64,000 nt of DNA from Eukaryota sp. GEM-RC1. Lineage: Eukaryota. Where the stretch lies: assembly GCA_040285855.1 (NCBI GenBank), contig JAUFOQ010000006.1, positions 124,001 through 188,000 on the forward strand, in the 5' to 3' direction. Positions 35,059-48,258 of the stretch are shown here, one piece after another (within the stretch, counting starts at the first letter, position 1; each line of letters starts with the position of its first letter). Both the position numbers and the translations under genes were made by a program. The notes below the pieces were generated by a model. That model had not been told where the DNA came from. It did not search any database and worked only from the letters and a program-made list of their open reading frames with translations.

Positions 35059-35973
35059 ATGTTCGAGCCCCGCAAGCTGATACAGAGTTTACAATGTCTT
35101 GAACTGCCTTCTGAGACAGATGTTCTGGCTCTGTGTCATAAAGTACAGCCTCTCTTTTTCATGGAAGGCAATGTTGTCTCTGTACCAGCTCCAATCTCTA
35201 TTGTTGGTGACTTACATGGTCAGCTTTTAGATCTACTAGAAATGTTCAAAGTATCTGGACTACCTCCGGATACCAACTTTCTCTTTCTTGGTGACTTCGT
35301 TGACCGTGGACCTCATGGTGTAGAACTCATCTGTCTTCTCTTATGCTACAAACTTCTTTATCCCTCTAAAGTTATCTTACTCCGTGGTAACCACGAATCT
35401 CGAGCTGTCACTAAAACTTACGGCTTCTATTCAGAATGTATGACTAAATACGGAAGAGCCACTGTCTGGAACGCTATAATGGATGTCTTTGACATTCTTC
35501 CCCCCTCTGCTGTAGTAGCTAACGTTGTCTTTGCTGTTCATGGAGGCCTCTCTCCACAGATGTCGTATCTTGATCAACTACGAGTAGTGGATAGATATGG
35601 CTCACTCGTGCCTGATTCAATCATATCTGATCTCTTATGGGCTGATCCTGACCCTGATTCATCGGGATTTCATCAAAGTCCAAGAGGAACCGGTTGGAAC
35701 TTTGGAAAGGACGTCCTCGATCATTTTCTTCACACAAACAATCTTCAACATGTTGTTAGAGCGCACCAACTTTGTCCTAATGGTTTCATGTTAATGTTTG
35801 AAGACACGCTGTCGACTGTATGGTCTGCTCCTAATTATATGGGTAGGTGTAATAACGTTGCAAGTGTATTAGAGATTACTGACGATTTAGATTTTGTTTT
35901 TAATGAGTTTGATGCTGCTCCCAATGAGGATGATACTAGTAGGAGGATGGTTATTGATTGGGACGATATCTGA
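35059..35973 (+). CDS. PPP-family Ser/Thr phosphatase catalytic subunit (PP2A/PP4/PP6/PPG1 group)
   Basis: GDLHGQ, GDFVDRG, RGNHE, HGGLSP, RAHQ, SAPNY. Confidence 0.93.
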   Translation: MFEPRKLIQSLQCLELPSETDVLALCHKVQPLFFMEGNVVSVPAPISIVGDLHGQLLDLLEMFKVSGLPPDTNFLFLGDFVDRGPHGVELICLLLCYKLLYPSKVILLRGNHESRAVTKTYGFYSECMTKYGRATVWNAIMDVFDILPPSAVVANVVFAVHGGLSPQMSYLDQLRVVDRYGSLVPDSIISDLLWADPDPDSSGFHQSPRGTGWNFGKDVLDHFLHTNNLQHVVRAHQLCPNGFMLMFEDTLSTVWSAPNYMGRCNNVASVLEITDDLDFVFNEFDAAPNEDDTSRRMVIDWDDI

Positions 35974-36692
35974 ATCAATCAATTTTGATTTGGGTTGTGT
36001 TTGAGTTTGAGTTTTTGTATTTATTGAATTTGTTGTTTTGGTACTGTGTTTATTGGACTTTTGTTCTTAATTTTGGTCCTTTTATAATTTCAAATTGTGA
36101 CCTAATAGTGGTTTTTTTGAAAATTTTGGATGTACTGATTGTTTTACAGTAATTCAACTTTAATTAATTTGAATTTGTGGTTAATTGGCATTATTCACCT
36201 GCAATTTATGCAGCAAAAATACATTCATTTTATTGTTTTCCGGTTAATTTTTGGTTCAAGTACGGTACTACTGTACTTACTGTTTTAATGTCACTACCAT
36301 CACCTCCCTAAAACCATCATGTATGTGTTAACGTAGCTATTTGAACTTCCGGTTTAAGATTAATTACATTCGAATTCATATTTGACCATTTTTCTGTTTC
36401 TTACTGTCTAAATATTGTAGCAGATAAACTGTTATTTGCACTTTATTCTTTACAGATGAGCCCAAATACCAACTTAAAGAGTAAACTACTTGCGTATTCA
36501 GGATTGAATAAGAAATGTGCAAATTGTTTAGAAACAAAATAAATAGAAGAAAGCTATGGACAAATTCAAGGGTTGCTTTAACCCTTGAAGGGTTTCATTT
36601 TGCAAAAAAAAGAAACAAACTCGTCTTGGTTGATAGATTGGAATCACGTCTGGCAACAAAACAATAACTAATAACTAATGTACCAACACCAC

Positions 36693-37350
36693 TCACTCCA
36701 AGTTAGACATATCAACATGAACATTCTGAGTAACAACCTTTCGTTTTTTCTTAGTTTTACGTTCAGGACCTCGAGTTCGTGGCTCTCCAGCATCTCTATC
36801 TAGATCAACTAACAAGACAGGCTTCTGCCCTAATTCCCTTAGAGCTGCTTCTATCTGAGCTTCGGTTGGTGGAGGTGCATAGTCTGACCATAGCTTTTTC
36901 ACCTTGGTAGAAACGTTTTGGTTCATTCGAGAAAAAGTGGGATAAACCATTGAAGGACGGTTTCCTTTAAGGACTATTTTGACAAGCAACTCTCGCTGTT
37001 CAAGTTCTACAACATCCTCTTCAACTTCGTCATAACTCTCTTTGAGTTCGTTGAGGTTTACTCCAAAGGGGTATTGTTCTAGTATTGTTAACAAAGAATC
37101 TCTATCGGAACAAGGGTATGCTGGTTGGAATCTATAATTCTCCCCGTCAAATGCTATTTTTGGGTTTTGTACAAGAGCTTCTTTAAGAGAAGAGTCTAAT
37201 GCAAAGTCCAGATTACAAGTATCTGATAGTTCTTGTAAAGAAAAGGGTTTTCTTGATTTCTTCAAAACAGATAGAATGTTATGTATTTTTTTGAGAAATA
37301 GGGACCTCCTTGGATTCAACAAAGTGTCTTACAGAAGAAATAACAGACAT
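36693..37350 (-). CDS. GTF2E2: General transcription factor IIE beta subunit
   Basis: LVQNPKI..YRFQPAY..LLTIL..GVNLNELKESY..VKKLW..IEAALRELG and a basic C-terminus with QNVHV; ATG at 37350 needs a 1-nt fix in an A-run. Confidence 0.8.
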
Positions 37351-37406
37351 TAAGGTACAGTAAGTGTTGATGCTGAATTGAAAAGAGTCATGTGCCACTT
37401 TTTTTT

Positions 37407-39085
37407 ATGAGTTATGTACCCCCTCACCTACGACAACGTCGCCAAGAAGAGCTACAAACAGGTAGACCTTCTGTGACGGCTCCTTGCCATCTCGTTCTGC
37501 ACCTCCTACATCTTCGGCTCCCAGAAACCTTGATGTTTTGCTGCAGGGTGACGACTTTCCTCGTTCTCGCATCCCTCGCTCTGCTTCTACCTCTCGTTTC
37601 CATGAGAGTGAAAAGGACATTTTCGGTGAAATAGCCAACACTGGTATCAACTTTGACCGCTACGACGACATTCCCGTTGAGGTCTCTGCCAACCCCGAAG
37701 CTCCTCCCCCAGTCAACCTCTTTTCAGAAATCACTTCCCTCCCTCCCCAACTCGCCTGGAACATCCAACGTGCTGGTTTTGTTAAACCAACACCTGTTCA
37801 AAAGTATTCCATTCCAGTCGCCATGGCCAAACGTGATCTCATGTCTTGTGCTCAAACAGGATCCGGAAAAACCGGTGCCTTCTTAGTCCCTATCATTGCT
37901 GACATGTTAATGGGCCCTCCCATAGAGCACTCAATCGTCATTGGATCCTACCGCCACGTCACCGCTCCCTCTCTCCTCGTTTTAGCTCCTACCCGTGAAC
38001 TTGCTATTCAAATTCATAATGAATGTAAGAAGTTCACCTACAAGACTGGGCTCAACTCCGTCTGCTTATACGGAGGTGCTCCAATGCGAGAACAGCTCAT
38101 GCAACTTCAAAGAGGTTGTGCTATTGTTGTAGCAACTCCAGGAAGATTAAAGGACGTGTGTGAACGTGGAAGAATCTCTTTGCAACAGATTCAGTATTTA
38201 GTTCTCGATGAAGCTGACAGAATGCTCGATATGGGTTTTGAACCTCAGATTAGAGAACTCATTGAACAGTACCACATGCCCCAGAACTCCCAAGGACGGC
38301 TTACTCTCATGTTCTCTGCTACCTTCCCAGTTGCCATTCAACAGTTAGCCCAGGATTTCCTCCATAACTACGTCTTCTTGGCTGTGGGACGAGTTGGATC
38401 TACTACTGACAACATTACCCAAAGGATTGAGTATGTACCTCAACAGAACAAACGTGATGTTTTGTTGAACTTGTTAACAACTGTTGAGGGACGAACTCTT
38501 GTGTTTGTTAATGAAAAGAGAAGCGCGGATTCACTTGAAGACTATCTCTATATGAATCATCACGCTTCTACTTCTATTCATGGAGATCGTGATCAACAGC
38601 AAAGGGAAGCTGCCCTCCATGACTTTAGATCTGGACATTGTAGAGTTTTGGTCGCTACTGACGTGGCATCACGTGGACTTGATATTCCGAATGTTTCTCA
38701 TGTTATTAACTACGAGTTCCCTAGAAATATTGAGGATTATGTTCATCGAATCGGACGTACTGGTAGAGCCGGAAACGTTGGAGTTGCAACGTCATTTCTT
38801 GATGATTCTGACAGACCAATTTTTGATAAATTAAAGCAGTTATTGGTGGAGTGCAATCAAGACGTTCCTCCTTGGTTTACTGATATGTGTAGACAGCACC
38901 GTTCTAGTGGCGGTGGATATAGAGGTGGACGCGGAGGTGGTAGATATGCCGCCAAAGATTTTAGAAGAAGTGGAGGACGTGGCGGTGGTCAACAGAAGTC
39001 AGGAGGCTGGAGTGGATCATTTGCTGACTTTTTAGTTTTTGTGTTTTGTTTGATTTTATTAAGCGTTTTGAAGGTGACTGATTGA
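37407..39085 (+). CDS. DDX3: DEAD-box RNA helicase DDX3/Ded1
   Basis: YVPPHLR N-terminus, GINFDRYDDIPVE, AQTGSGKT, PTRELA, DEAD, SAT, HRIGRTGR, RGG tail. Frameshift at ~37475; the true stop is possibly ~39034. Confidence 0.93.
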
Positions 39086-39380
39086 ATCACAAGTTATTTT
39101 AAAGTTTTACCTCAATGAATTTCTAGAGTTTAATAAATCTCGTTTAACAATGTTTAATATATTTGTTAATGTTTATTTAAGGGTTTAGAATTGTTTACAT
39201 ATCAAAAGGAATATTATTCAGAAAGTTCAAAAACCCATTTCATTACTGGCCCTTTTCAGATGAACATGATATTGTCGATGTGTTGTAGATATTTAAATTT
39301 GTAAATTAAATAAAATTAAAAGAACGATTCCACAATTTATTTTCACATCCCACATTTGGCAATGACATCATCGTTGTCAA

Positions 39381-41980
39381 TTAGTGTAATTCAAAGGTTA
39401 ATCCTTCGTATATAGAAGTTTTAATCAACTCCGCTGCTTTCTGAACAGAAGAAAACTTAGGAACAGTAACTGAATGGAAGCAAGTTGATGCATGAAGCAG
39501 GGAATCAACACGAGATGAATCAAAATTGATTGAAATCCTGGGGCTGATTCTAGCAAGTCCTAGCAGTGGAACTCGTGATAAACCAGTGGCAAATCGAAGA
39601 AAAAATCCCAAATCCTTTGAAGAAAGTGAAGAAAAAGCTTGAACAAACGTGTGATACAAGTCAGACTCTGAATCTGAGAAATTTAAAAATTTTAAAAATT
39701 CTTCTGGTGTAAATTCTGCATCAGATGTACCAACAAACAACAATTCAACTTCATGTTTTGAGAAGAGATTCAGTAATTCACTAGGAATTAAAGAATTAAA
39801 ACCATTACAAAACGATTCTATATATGAGCTGTACTGATTGTAAATAAAGAAGCTCTGTAACGACACAAACTTCCGGAGATTTCCAGTAGTTACCAATGTA
39901 TTCTTCCCATTATGAATAAGTTCAACATCTCTATTAGTTTTCCGATCGGTTATGGTGAATCGTAGATCTAGTTCTTCAAGATCCTGACCAGACAATTGGA
40001 AACAAAGACGAAAGACCGTTGTAAGTTTCTAGATCAATGGCTTTCAAGTCATTCAACACAAAAGAATTACCTAACAAACGATTAATTATTACTTCCGACA
40101 GTATACTACCAACGACTCTTCCCCTGAGAATTAAAGAAGCAAAGAATAAACCAGCAAAAGTAAAAGCATTGTGGACTGTCAAACCAGGAGGTAGACCAAG
40201 ATTCTCGAAAGTAGTTCTTGGTAATAGTTTTGAATACTTGTAAAAAAACAATTTATCCATACAATCTTGCAGTAGGAGAGAATCGAACTCGTTGCTCAAC
40301 CCTCCTTGGTCTAAACCCTCCTCTCGAACTCCATTGTTGTAGAAGACAATAAAGAGAGGGGGAAAGAGACAGAATTGGTGAAGCTGACCATAGATTGAAG
40401 AGAGAAGACATAGAAGAAGACAGAGTATTGGTTCTTTCTACATCTATTCTACGCGAATCAATTCTAGATCGTTGCTTCTTTCCAATTGAGTCAAGTAAAG
40501 CATTGAGACGAAGAGAAAATGGAACTAAGAAAGGAGCTAGTTTGAGTATTGAAATGTATCTGCTTTGAGAATCAGAATCTTCAACGTCTAAATTCCCTTG
40601 AAAATTTAAAATATCTTTGAAAACAGTGGATATGCCTTGTTTCAGTGTGATGTTGTACATGCACATAGGAGGATATTTGTCAGCTAAATCAGAAAATTCA
40701 TCAACAAAGAAACGAACGCATGATGAAATTTTTAAAAATATCTGTGTAAAATCACTTTTCGACAAGCAAAGCTCAACTGCAAGAGACATGAGCTTTTGAT
40801 AAACAGAAACGATAACAGATTCGTCCAATTGTTGAACCAAGGAAAGCTGATTAGAGAAAAGAAAAATAAAGAAATTTGAAATAGTATAAAGAGAAAACTT
40901 ATTTGAAAAAAGGTGAAAAAATGAAAATATTTCAAAATTCTGACTCAGCGCATGGCAGACAAGATCACTGTCAGACAACGATGCCAATACTTCAAAATAC
41001 GTTTCAAGTATTCTAAAATTGTTTGTTTCTCTTGTTTTATTGACAACAAAGCGTGTAGATTCCCGAAAGACAGAAACTAACCGTCGTTGAACCATCACGT
41101 CATCAATTAAAACACTACTAAAAATATCCAACGGTAAAGTTAGTTTTTGTCTCATTAATTTCAGTAAAGTTTGAGTATTGTTGTCACAACAACTAATCTG
41201 ACTGAAGACAAACCCCCAAGAGAGAAAAGAAGATGAAGAAGTGGAAAGTTCAAGTGAAGAAGTGTTGGTTAGAGCTAGAAAATTTAAAAAAGAAGAACAA
41301 TCGAGTTTAGGTAGACTTTGTAACTCCACAGACTTTTTAAGAATTAAAGGGAAACAGTGAATAAAGAATGACGACGTGGAAATAGGATGGTTTAAAAGGT
41401 TTAAGTTGGAGCAATAATAGTCAATTAGAGAATGAAATTTGGAAAAATCTAAAGTATTAAAAAATGCTAAATTCTGGAAAATTCTGGCTCTTAGATGATG
41501 GTTCACAAAAGGCAACTCGAGTACGTTAAGATCACTAATGTTGTCATTGAGATATGATAACATTGAGCGAGATAAGGTAGGAAACGAAACCTCCTTTCCT
41601 GAACTTAGAGCGTTGAGGATGAACCGATGTCTACAAAAAGAAGAGCGTGATAACGTAGACAGGGGAATATCATGAGAGATAAGGTAATACAGAGTGGTAT
41701 GGATGATATCCTTTGGGAATGGTTTGTAAGGAGATAGATGGGAAGCAATGTGGAAAGCTACGGGAAGTGAAGAGGGGGAGATAATAGAGATAGAGTGGGT
41801 GAGTGAGGAAAGGTACTGGTAGTGAGATACGTGTCGGAGGAAGGAACGTTCAAGACACTGTGTTGCTGAAAGTTCTTGACGACGGATGCGATCACATCGG
41901 GCAGAGGACAAACTAAGTGGCTTCTTGCTGCCTTTTCCAGACAAATTGATGGGTTTGTGTTTTTTGGTTGGTAGGAACAT
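39381..41980 (-). CDS. HECT E3 ubiquitin ligase (UBE3B/C-like)
   Basis: C-terminal HECT (LRFATGLSRVPLLG, HASTCFH with catalytic Cys, terminal FELH); N-terminal INLSG and IQ-like segment; three ORF pieces joined by frameshifts. Confidence 0.82.
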
Positions 41981-44163
41981 TTTGGAAAGAAATCTGCTGT
42001 ATGTACATCAACATCACCCTTGTGGTACAGTCTACCCTCTGCAGAGGTGTCAGTATTCAGAGTGTAGACTGTGGAACAATCATTATTAAAAGTCAATAAG
42101 TAACACGCCAATTAGAAAGACTATTAAATGGTTGTAAATCACAATAATATTGCTTTGTGATTCAATCACATCACACGTGATTTGTGCGAATTGCGTGACA
42201 GTTTTCTTCACAAAGAGATCTAAAAATTAATAATCTAAATCTTATGAACATGCTACGACGATCTTCTTTGTACTATTCTCATTCTCAACCACAACACCGG
42301 AAATTCTAGCTTGTCCTTCCTGACATTCGTTTACATTTACGAAATCAACATCAATAACTCCCACAATAACTTCAGGAAACTTTAGGCTTCCTCTGTACTT
42401 TCTTTACTTTTTGGTCTTTGGTGGATCATAGTTTGGATAACTGTCTCCAACATGGCACAATGTACTAGTAGTGGTACCAGTACAATAAAATTAGCAAAAT
42501 TAAAATTTCTTTCAATTGCTGCATCATTAGGATTGCTAATATTTCAGCAATAGCAGCGGTAGTTCAGTGGGAGAACACTACAACATTTCTACCGTCTCAG
42601 TACATTTAAGAAAGAGTATTTCTTCGTAGAGACCTTGGTTCGATTCCAAGTCGCTGCAGTTTTGAACAGATAACTACAGTACATTATTGTTTCGTAGGTT
42701 GACATCATACCCCATTTTGAACTCCATGGGACTTGTTAAAAACTAGGAGATTGAGAACATCAATTAGAGTAGATGAGTACCTCTGTTTTGGATAAAATAT
42801 TAGTGCAGTTAATGTATGAATATCAATCCACCCAGCGAGGATGGATAGTGGATGAAAAACTTAGAATCCAAGTGGGTGGTGGGTTCCTACAGTCATCAAT
42901 CACGTCATCAATGGATTCGTCCACTCATACAATTCGTAAATAGTATGTTAGATACAATGATCTCGTATCATCGGTATACTTCTTATCGAATTTTCAGTAT
43001 ATTGGTTGGGTATTGTAGTGTTTTTAAGGTCTAACAATCAACATCTTCAAAGTCCAGATTGCCTATCTGGAAATTGTCACCTACCTTATCCTCATAATGT
43101 CTGCCAAGAGAAAATAAAACGCTAGATACAGGAGTCACCATGCAGTACCATTAAAGATAGCAAACACAATTCGATTTTTCCAAAATCTAATATCAAAAGT
43201 CTTAGATGTTTGTTTTAATAGTCTTCACAAAGAATTCGAGTAATGATGTTGCAGATTCACCTAAAGAACTGTACGGTGAAAATACAAGTGGGTACAACAA
43301 GTTCTTCGAGTGTGAAACCAAATTCAATAATTTCAGATTAGCACAATATTTTTCCTTTTTAAATTTTCCACCAATCAACAGAGGGTATTTAGTATTAGAT
43401 TTAGCAAGTTTTTGTTGGAATCATTACAAACATCGATCAACATAACATCAGCAATAACGAAAGATACATCAAGACCGGGAATATGATATCATTACGGCTA
43501 TTTGCAAACGAATTGTTAACACCCGTATCATCAAATGAACCAGCCAGAACTGGTTCTATGAGGGAAACAATTCCATAAGTTTTACACATACAATATAATT
43601 GATCCCTTACTGAATCATGAACCTTGCTTCTTAAAGAAAAAAAACGGGTTCAGTTCAGTAAATGTGGAGGTTTTTAAATATCATTAATAGTGACAATTCA
43701 AATTTATTGTTCAGACAGTACAACACCAAACACTACATTAAAAACCCCCAAGGGTGGAATGACAATTTTGTGGCTCCAAGAATTTGGGTCAGTAATCTAA
43801 TGTATGGACATTTGTACCTTATTGTTTCCCTTTTGTTGCGTTTTGGGGATTACGTTCCCAATTGGGTACGTGTGTATCCGATACAATACGACCATGGTTT
43901 GTCGTCTCACCAAAACGGACATGTGATTCAATCTCACCATCACAAACTCGTAACAAACACAAGAATCACATCACAAAATTTGTGACAGTGATTGTTTTAC
44001 TCAAATCAGACTGGTACCTGAATTCAACACCAACAAATTTCATCGAAAAAATTTCTTTTAGCCACTTTTCAGATCTGCAAGCATTTGTCATAATTACAGG
44101 AAGTGTTTCAAAGAGAACCGGGGAAATATATGGGGTTGAATATAATACAGATATCGATATGTA

Positions 44164-44249
44164 TCGTAAGTGTCCCAATACAAGCAAGAAAAGTGTTTAC
44201 TAGTACTTGCATCAAATAAAAAGTTGCCTGTATTTTGGGGCACTTACGA
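44164..44249. mobile_element. 86-bp Tc1/mariner (pogo/Tc2)-type MITE
   Basis: tcgtaagtgtcccaatacaagcaa / ttgcctgtattttggggcacttacga inverted repeat with TA on both sides; shares the aatacaagc core with the 31.8-32.3 kb and 34.9 kb elements. Confidence 0.65.
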
Positions 44250-44805
44250 TATATATTAGTAGATATAAAAATAGCAAGGTAATGATGATGTATTATATTC
44301 TGTATTTTACGTGTTTTTTACAGTTTTTTGGAAAATGCTTTGAACTGCAATGTCGGTGTGTAGCAGTGTCTCATTGATAATGTTTGTATTTTGCATTTTT
44401 CTTCTTCAATTCAACTTTTAGTGTTGTTCTATACATCTGGTATTCAAAATTTTTCATTCACACTAAAAGAGTCAGAGTCTTTAGTTTGAATCAGACTAAT
44501 TAAAGAAGGCCTAATCTAGTGTGAACAACTTTGTGCAAAAATATATTATTCTTTCAAGATGACCAACAAATCTTACTGGAAGATCATATCAGACTTCTAC
44601 ATTGTAGCTTTTTAAGTCAGTGTCAAGATATGAACATTGAGAGAGTTGTTGGTACATTGTGATAAGTATTAATAGATAAAGATAAACCCTGAATGTACCA
44701 CTAAATGTACCAGATAAAAGGGTAATTTTTATCTTTCATCATAAACATTCAAAATAATGGAAATAAAATGTAAATGAAAACACTAATGTTCATCCAGACT
44801 CTCGT

Positions 44806-46299
44806 CTATGAATTTATGGAGCTATTGTATAGTTCAGAAATTACCACCACATACTACGTCATGTTATCACAACGAGTAGTTACAGTTTTAATCTTAATAA
44901 GATGCTTAACAGAAATATTCTCAGAGGTAGAAGTACCACCATAAGAGCCAGCACCCAAAGTGAAACTGGGATCAAGACCAATGTTGAACGAACCACCAAC
45001 AGCACCAAAACAACAGGGTTGATTGATGAGAAGACGGCCAGCAGTCACTCGAGCTCCGAATGCCTCAATGCGACTCACAGCATCGGGGTTGGTGAACAAC
45101 GATGCAGTATGACCTGTACCTCTAAATTTCAGAAGTGATTCAGCCTTAACTAAAGCCTCTTCAAAGGAAGCAGCGTTATAGAATCCAAGAATTGGTGAAT
45201 ATTTTGGATAAGAAAAGGGTTCATGTACACCTACAGTATTAGCTGCTGCCATCAATACCTTGGTGTTTTGAGGAACTGAAAACCCAGCCATTTGAGCGAT
45301 TTCATAAGCAGATCGACCAACAATTCTCAAATTGAATTGTTGCTTAAAAATGATTGTGTTAACAAGCTTAACACGTTCTTCATCGTTACAGAAATGACAT
45401 CCTGCTTCAATAAAATCTTTCTTAACTTGTTCGTAAACACTATCCACAACAATGATGGATTGTTCAGAAAAACACACCAGGCCATTGTCAAAGGTCTTGG
45501 ACACCAGAATCGCGTGGATAGCCATTCTGATATCCGCAGATTCGTCAATAATGACAGGAGTATTACCCATACCAGCAGCAAGAGCAGGTTTCCCACAAGA
45601 GTAAGCAGCCTTAAGTAATGAAGGTGTACCTGAAGCTATAATCATATGGATACCATTGTGTTTCATAAGAGCATTGGACAATTCGACAGTAGGGTTCGCA
45701 ATCCAACCGATTACACCACGAGGAGCACCTGCTGCAACAGCAGCTTCGTGTAAAATACGGCAAGCTGCGACTGAACATTCTTTTGCACGGACATGTGGGG
45801 AAAAAACAATGGCATTCCGTGTTTTTAAAGCAAGCAACGCCTTGAAGATGGTTGTAGAAGTGGGACTGGTACTGTATCTATGATAAATAGTTTCCCAAAT
45901 ACAAACGTTATACCAGCAATGGTGCCAAAAGGGGCTGCTATCTTGAGTACACCATTATCTTTATCTCGTTCAATGATTCCACAAGTTTTAGAGTTCTTGT
46001 ACGCATTATATACCTCCTCAGCAAAATGGTTCTTTATGACCTTGTCTTCCAGAACACCCATGTTAGTTTCGGCTATTGCCATTTTTGCAAGAGGTAATCG
46101 AGCTGCAACTGCAGCTTTAGCAACCTCCATAAAGATTTTGTCTACCTGATCCTGAGAAAAGGTGGCAAACTTCTCTTGAGCAGCATTAGTGAATTCTATC
46201 TTAAGTGAGAACAGTACGATCACATACCAGACGATTCAAGTCTTCAATTGAGGAAACATCAATCTCAGGATGATTAGCTTCGGAAAGGGACGGTGACAT
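44806..46299 (-). CDS. Stand-alone acylating aldehyde dehydrogenase (AdhE N-terminal domain), three introns
   Basis: FSQDQVDKIF, ETNMGVLEDKVIKNHFA, PTSTTIFKALLALKTRN, KTFDNGLVCFSEQS, GHTA, PSFTLGAGSYGG. Introns 46200-46227, 45878-45906 and probably 44822-44854. No ADH domain follows. Confidence 0.9.
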
Positions 46300-48258
46300 G
46301 TTGGATTGGAACTATCAATGTTTTCAGAACCTTTTTAGTAACATCTCAATTGTGAATCACATCTTGTGATGATTAAATCATGTTGCATGACCAGAATCAC
46401 TGCTCAAATTCTCCTCCTTGTGATGGAAATCTCGAAGAGTTGTCAGTTCTTCCCTACTGCTCTCCCAGGAACTTCTTTATTGGCAGTTTGGTGTCTGGTG
46501 GAGATTTGAAGCTGTGAATCAGAAACATGACTCTAAAACGGGCTGATATCCTCCTTAAACTGCCAATCAACATGCTGGAGAACCACTTGTTGCCAAAATA
46601 CAAAAACATACTAGAGAAATCACGTTTAGATACAACTTACTGTTTTGAATTCCTAAGTCATTGGTGAAGATACGATCTAACATTAAGAATGATGATTCTT
46701 AACTTTGGTACCCTGTGTTTTCCATACTAACTCCGCCCACCTCAACAGGAAATTTTGGGTATTTAAATCTTTCAGTAACAGATCCGAATATGTTTCCCGC
46801 ACCAGTTTTGTTTGTTTCTTACAGTATACTTGTTGCAATTCTTTTCCAGAATTGAGTTTCTGACGTCTTTTGGGTGAAGATCCTGCAGATCTAGCATGCT
46901 GTTACAATCACCATGTTTGTTCAAAGAATGTGTTGTAGGACTGGTTTGACTCCATGTTGTTGTTAAAGGATTTTCTTTCATTTCTTTTTCCTCACAATCA
47001 TGTCAAAGTGTATGTTGACACAGCTTTAACTGATTCTAATGTACTTGTAAAGGTTCAACTTCGTGAATACCACATTCACACGGATGATTTTTCAATATGA
47101 TTTATAGCGACAGTTCAAATTCTTGTGTACATTGTTCAGAGCGTACACCAAAATGAGAATATAAAAGATAATTACAAATGATGAAAGTCAATTTTGTGTC
47201 TCCAAATCTCTCTCCTGAGTTAACGTTCTCTTGTTTTCCAAGTTGATATCAAAGATATTACACGTCGATACATTTTGTCTTTCAAATACGCTTTGCAGAA
47301 ACTCAAAAATCATTGAGTAATTTGACAGTTTAGAATATACAGCTCGTCTTAGGTCGACTAAGAAAATAATCTAGTTTTCGCTAGTTTTTTAATTGATTTA
47401 AAAGTGAGTTTTGATGTGACATTAATTAAAAAAATTCCCCACAAGTATATGTTCTAATATTAAATGATCATCAATGGCCTTTTACGATGACACTTCGTTA
47501 TTATTTAGAGCCGTACAATAGGCCAAGTTATCTTCATTGTAACGGTGGAAACAACGACATTATCTCATTTGTTCAGTTGCAATCGCTACATACCTTGTCG
47601 AACGTGTATGCATGATGCTGTAAGAGATTAATGACACGCTAAATGTATGTATAAGTCCTTAAAATTGAATCATTTACTGAACCACTTCTGAAATCTTTGG
47701 AACTATAAATTTTTTAAACGACTTTGGGAAAATCGTTAAAAATAGGTTGAACAATCATTTTGTTCATATGTTATGGTTGAATCGGATCGTTTTTACTGTT
47801 TTCAAAACAATCCCCCTAATCACCTCCAAAGCTTTATCAGCTGTGAGTTCCTTTTGGGAAGACAAAGCTGTTGTACGATGTGATAACGACGGGTGCTGTT
47901 TTACTGACGTTAAATTTTAGGCTTGTTAGTATTTTACATTTATAAAGAGTTGTATTCTAATACAAATTTGTCTCTCCGAGGATTTAGGGTAGTGATCGGA
48001 TGTGCGTACAACTGCACCTTATCTTGTCCTTTGTTGCTTTTTGGGGATCATCTTCTTAATTGGTTTCATATAGGCAACATATTGTGACAATTTTTCATAT
48101 ATCTGATGCAAGCTCGTCATCAAAACGCGTCACAAGAGATACATTTATGATTACGCCTATCACAAGTATCACACAAGAACCTAAAGAAAAATCATTAAAG
48201 CATTCTATTGGCCTGCTGTGGCATGGATGTGGTTTCTAACATTCATTCTTCAAATTCA

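Noticed and set aside
36565..36590. ttcaagggtt-gcttt-aacccttgaa hairpin containing TTAACCCTT (piggyBac-like end)
   Set aside because: A single 10-bp stem with no partner end; could be chance or a 3'-UTR structure.
42120..44000. TCACA-rich and GATAC-rich patches suggesting further nested hAT elements (similar patches near 46350 and 48150)
   Set aside because: I could not pair TIRs or find TSDs; probably old TE debris, but boundaries cannot be supported.
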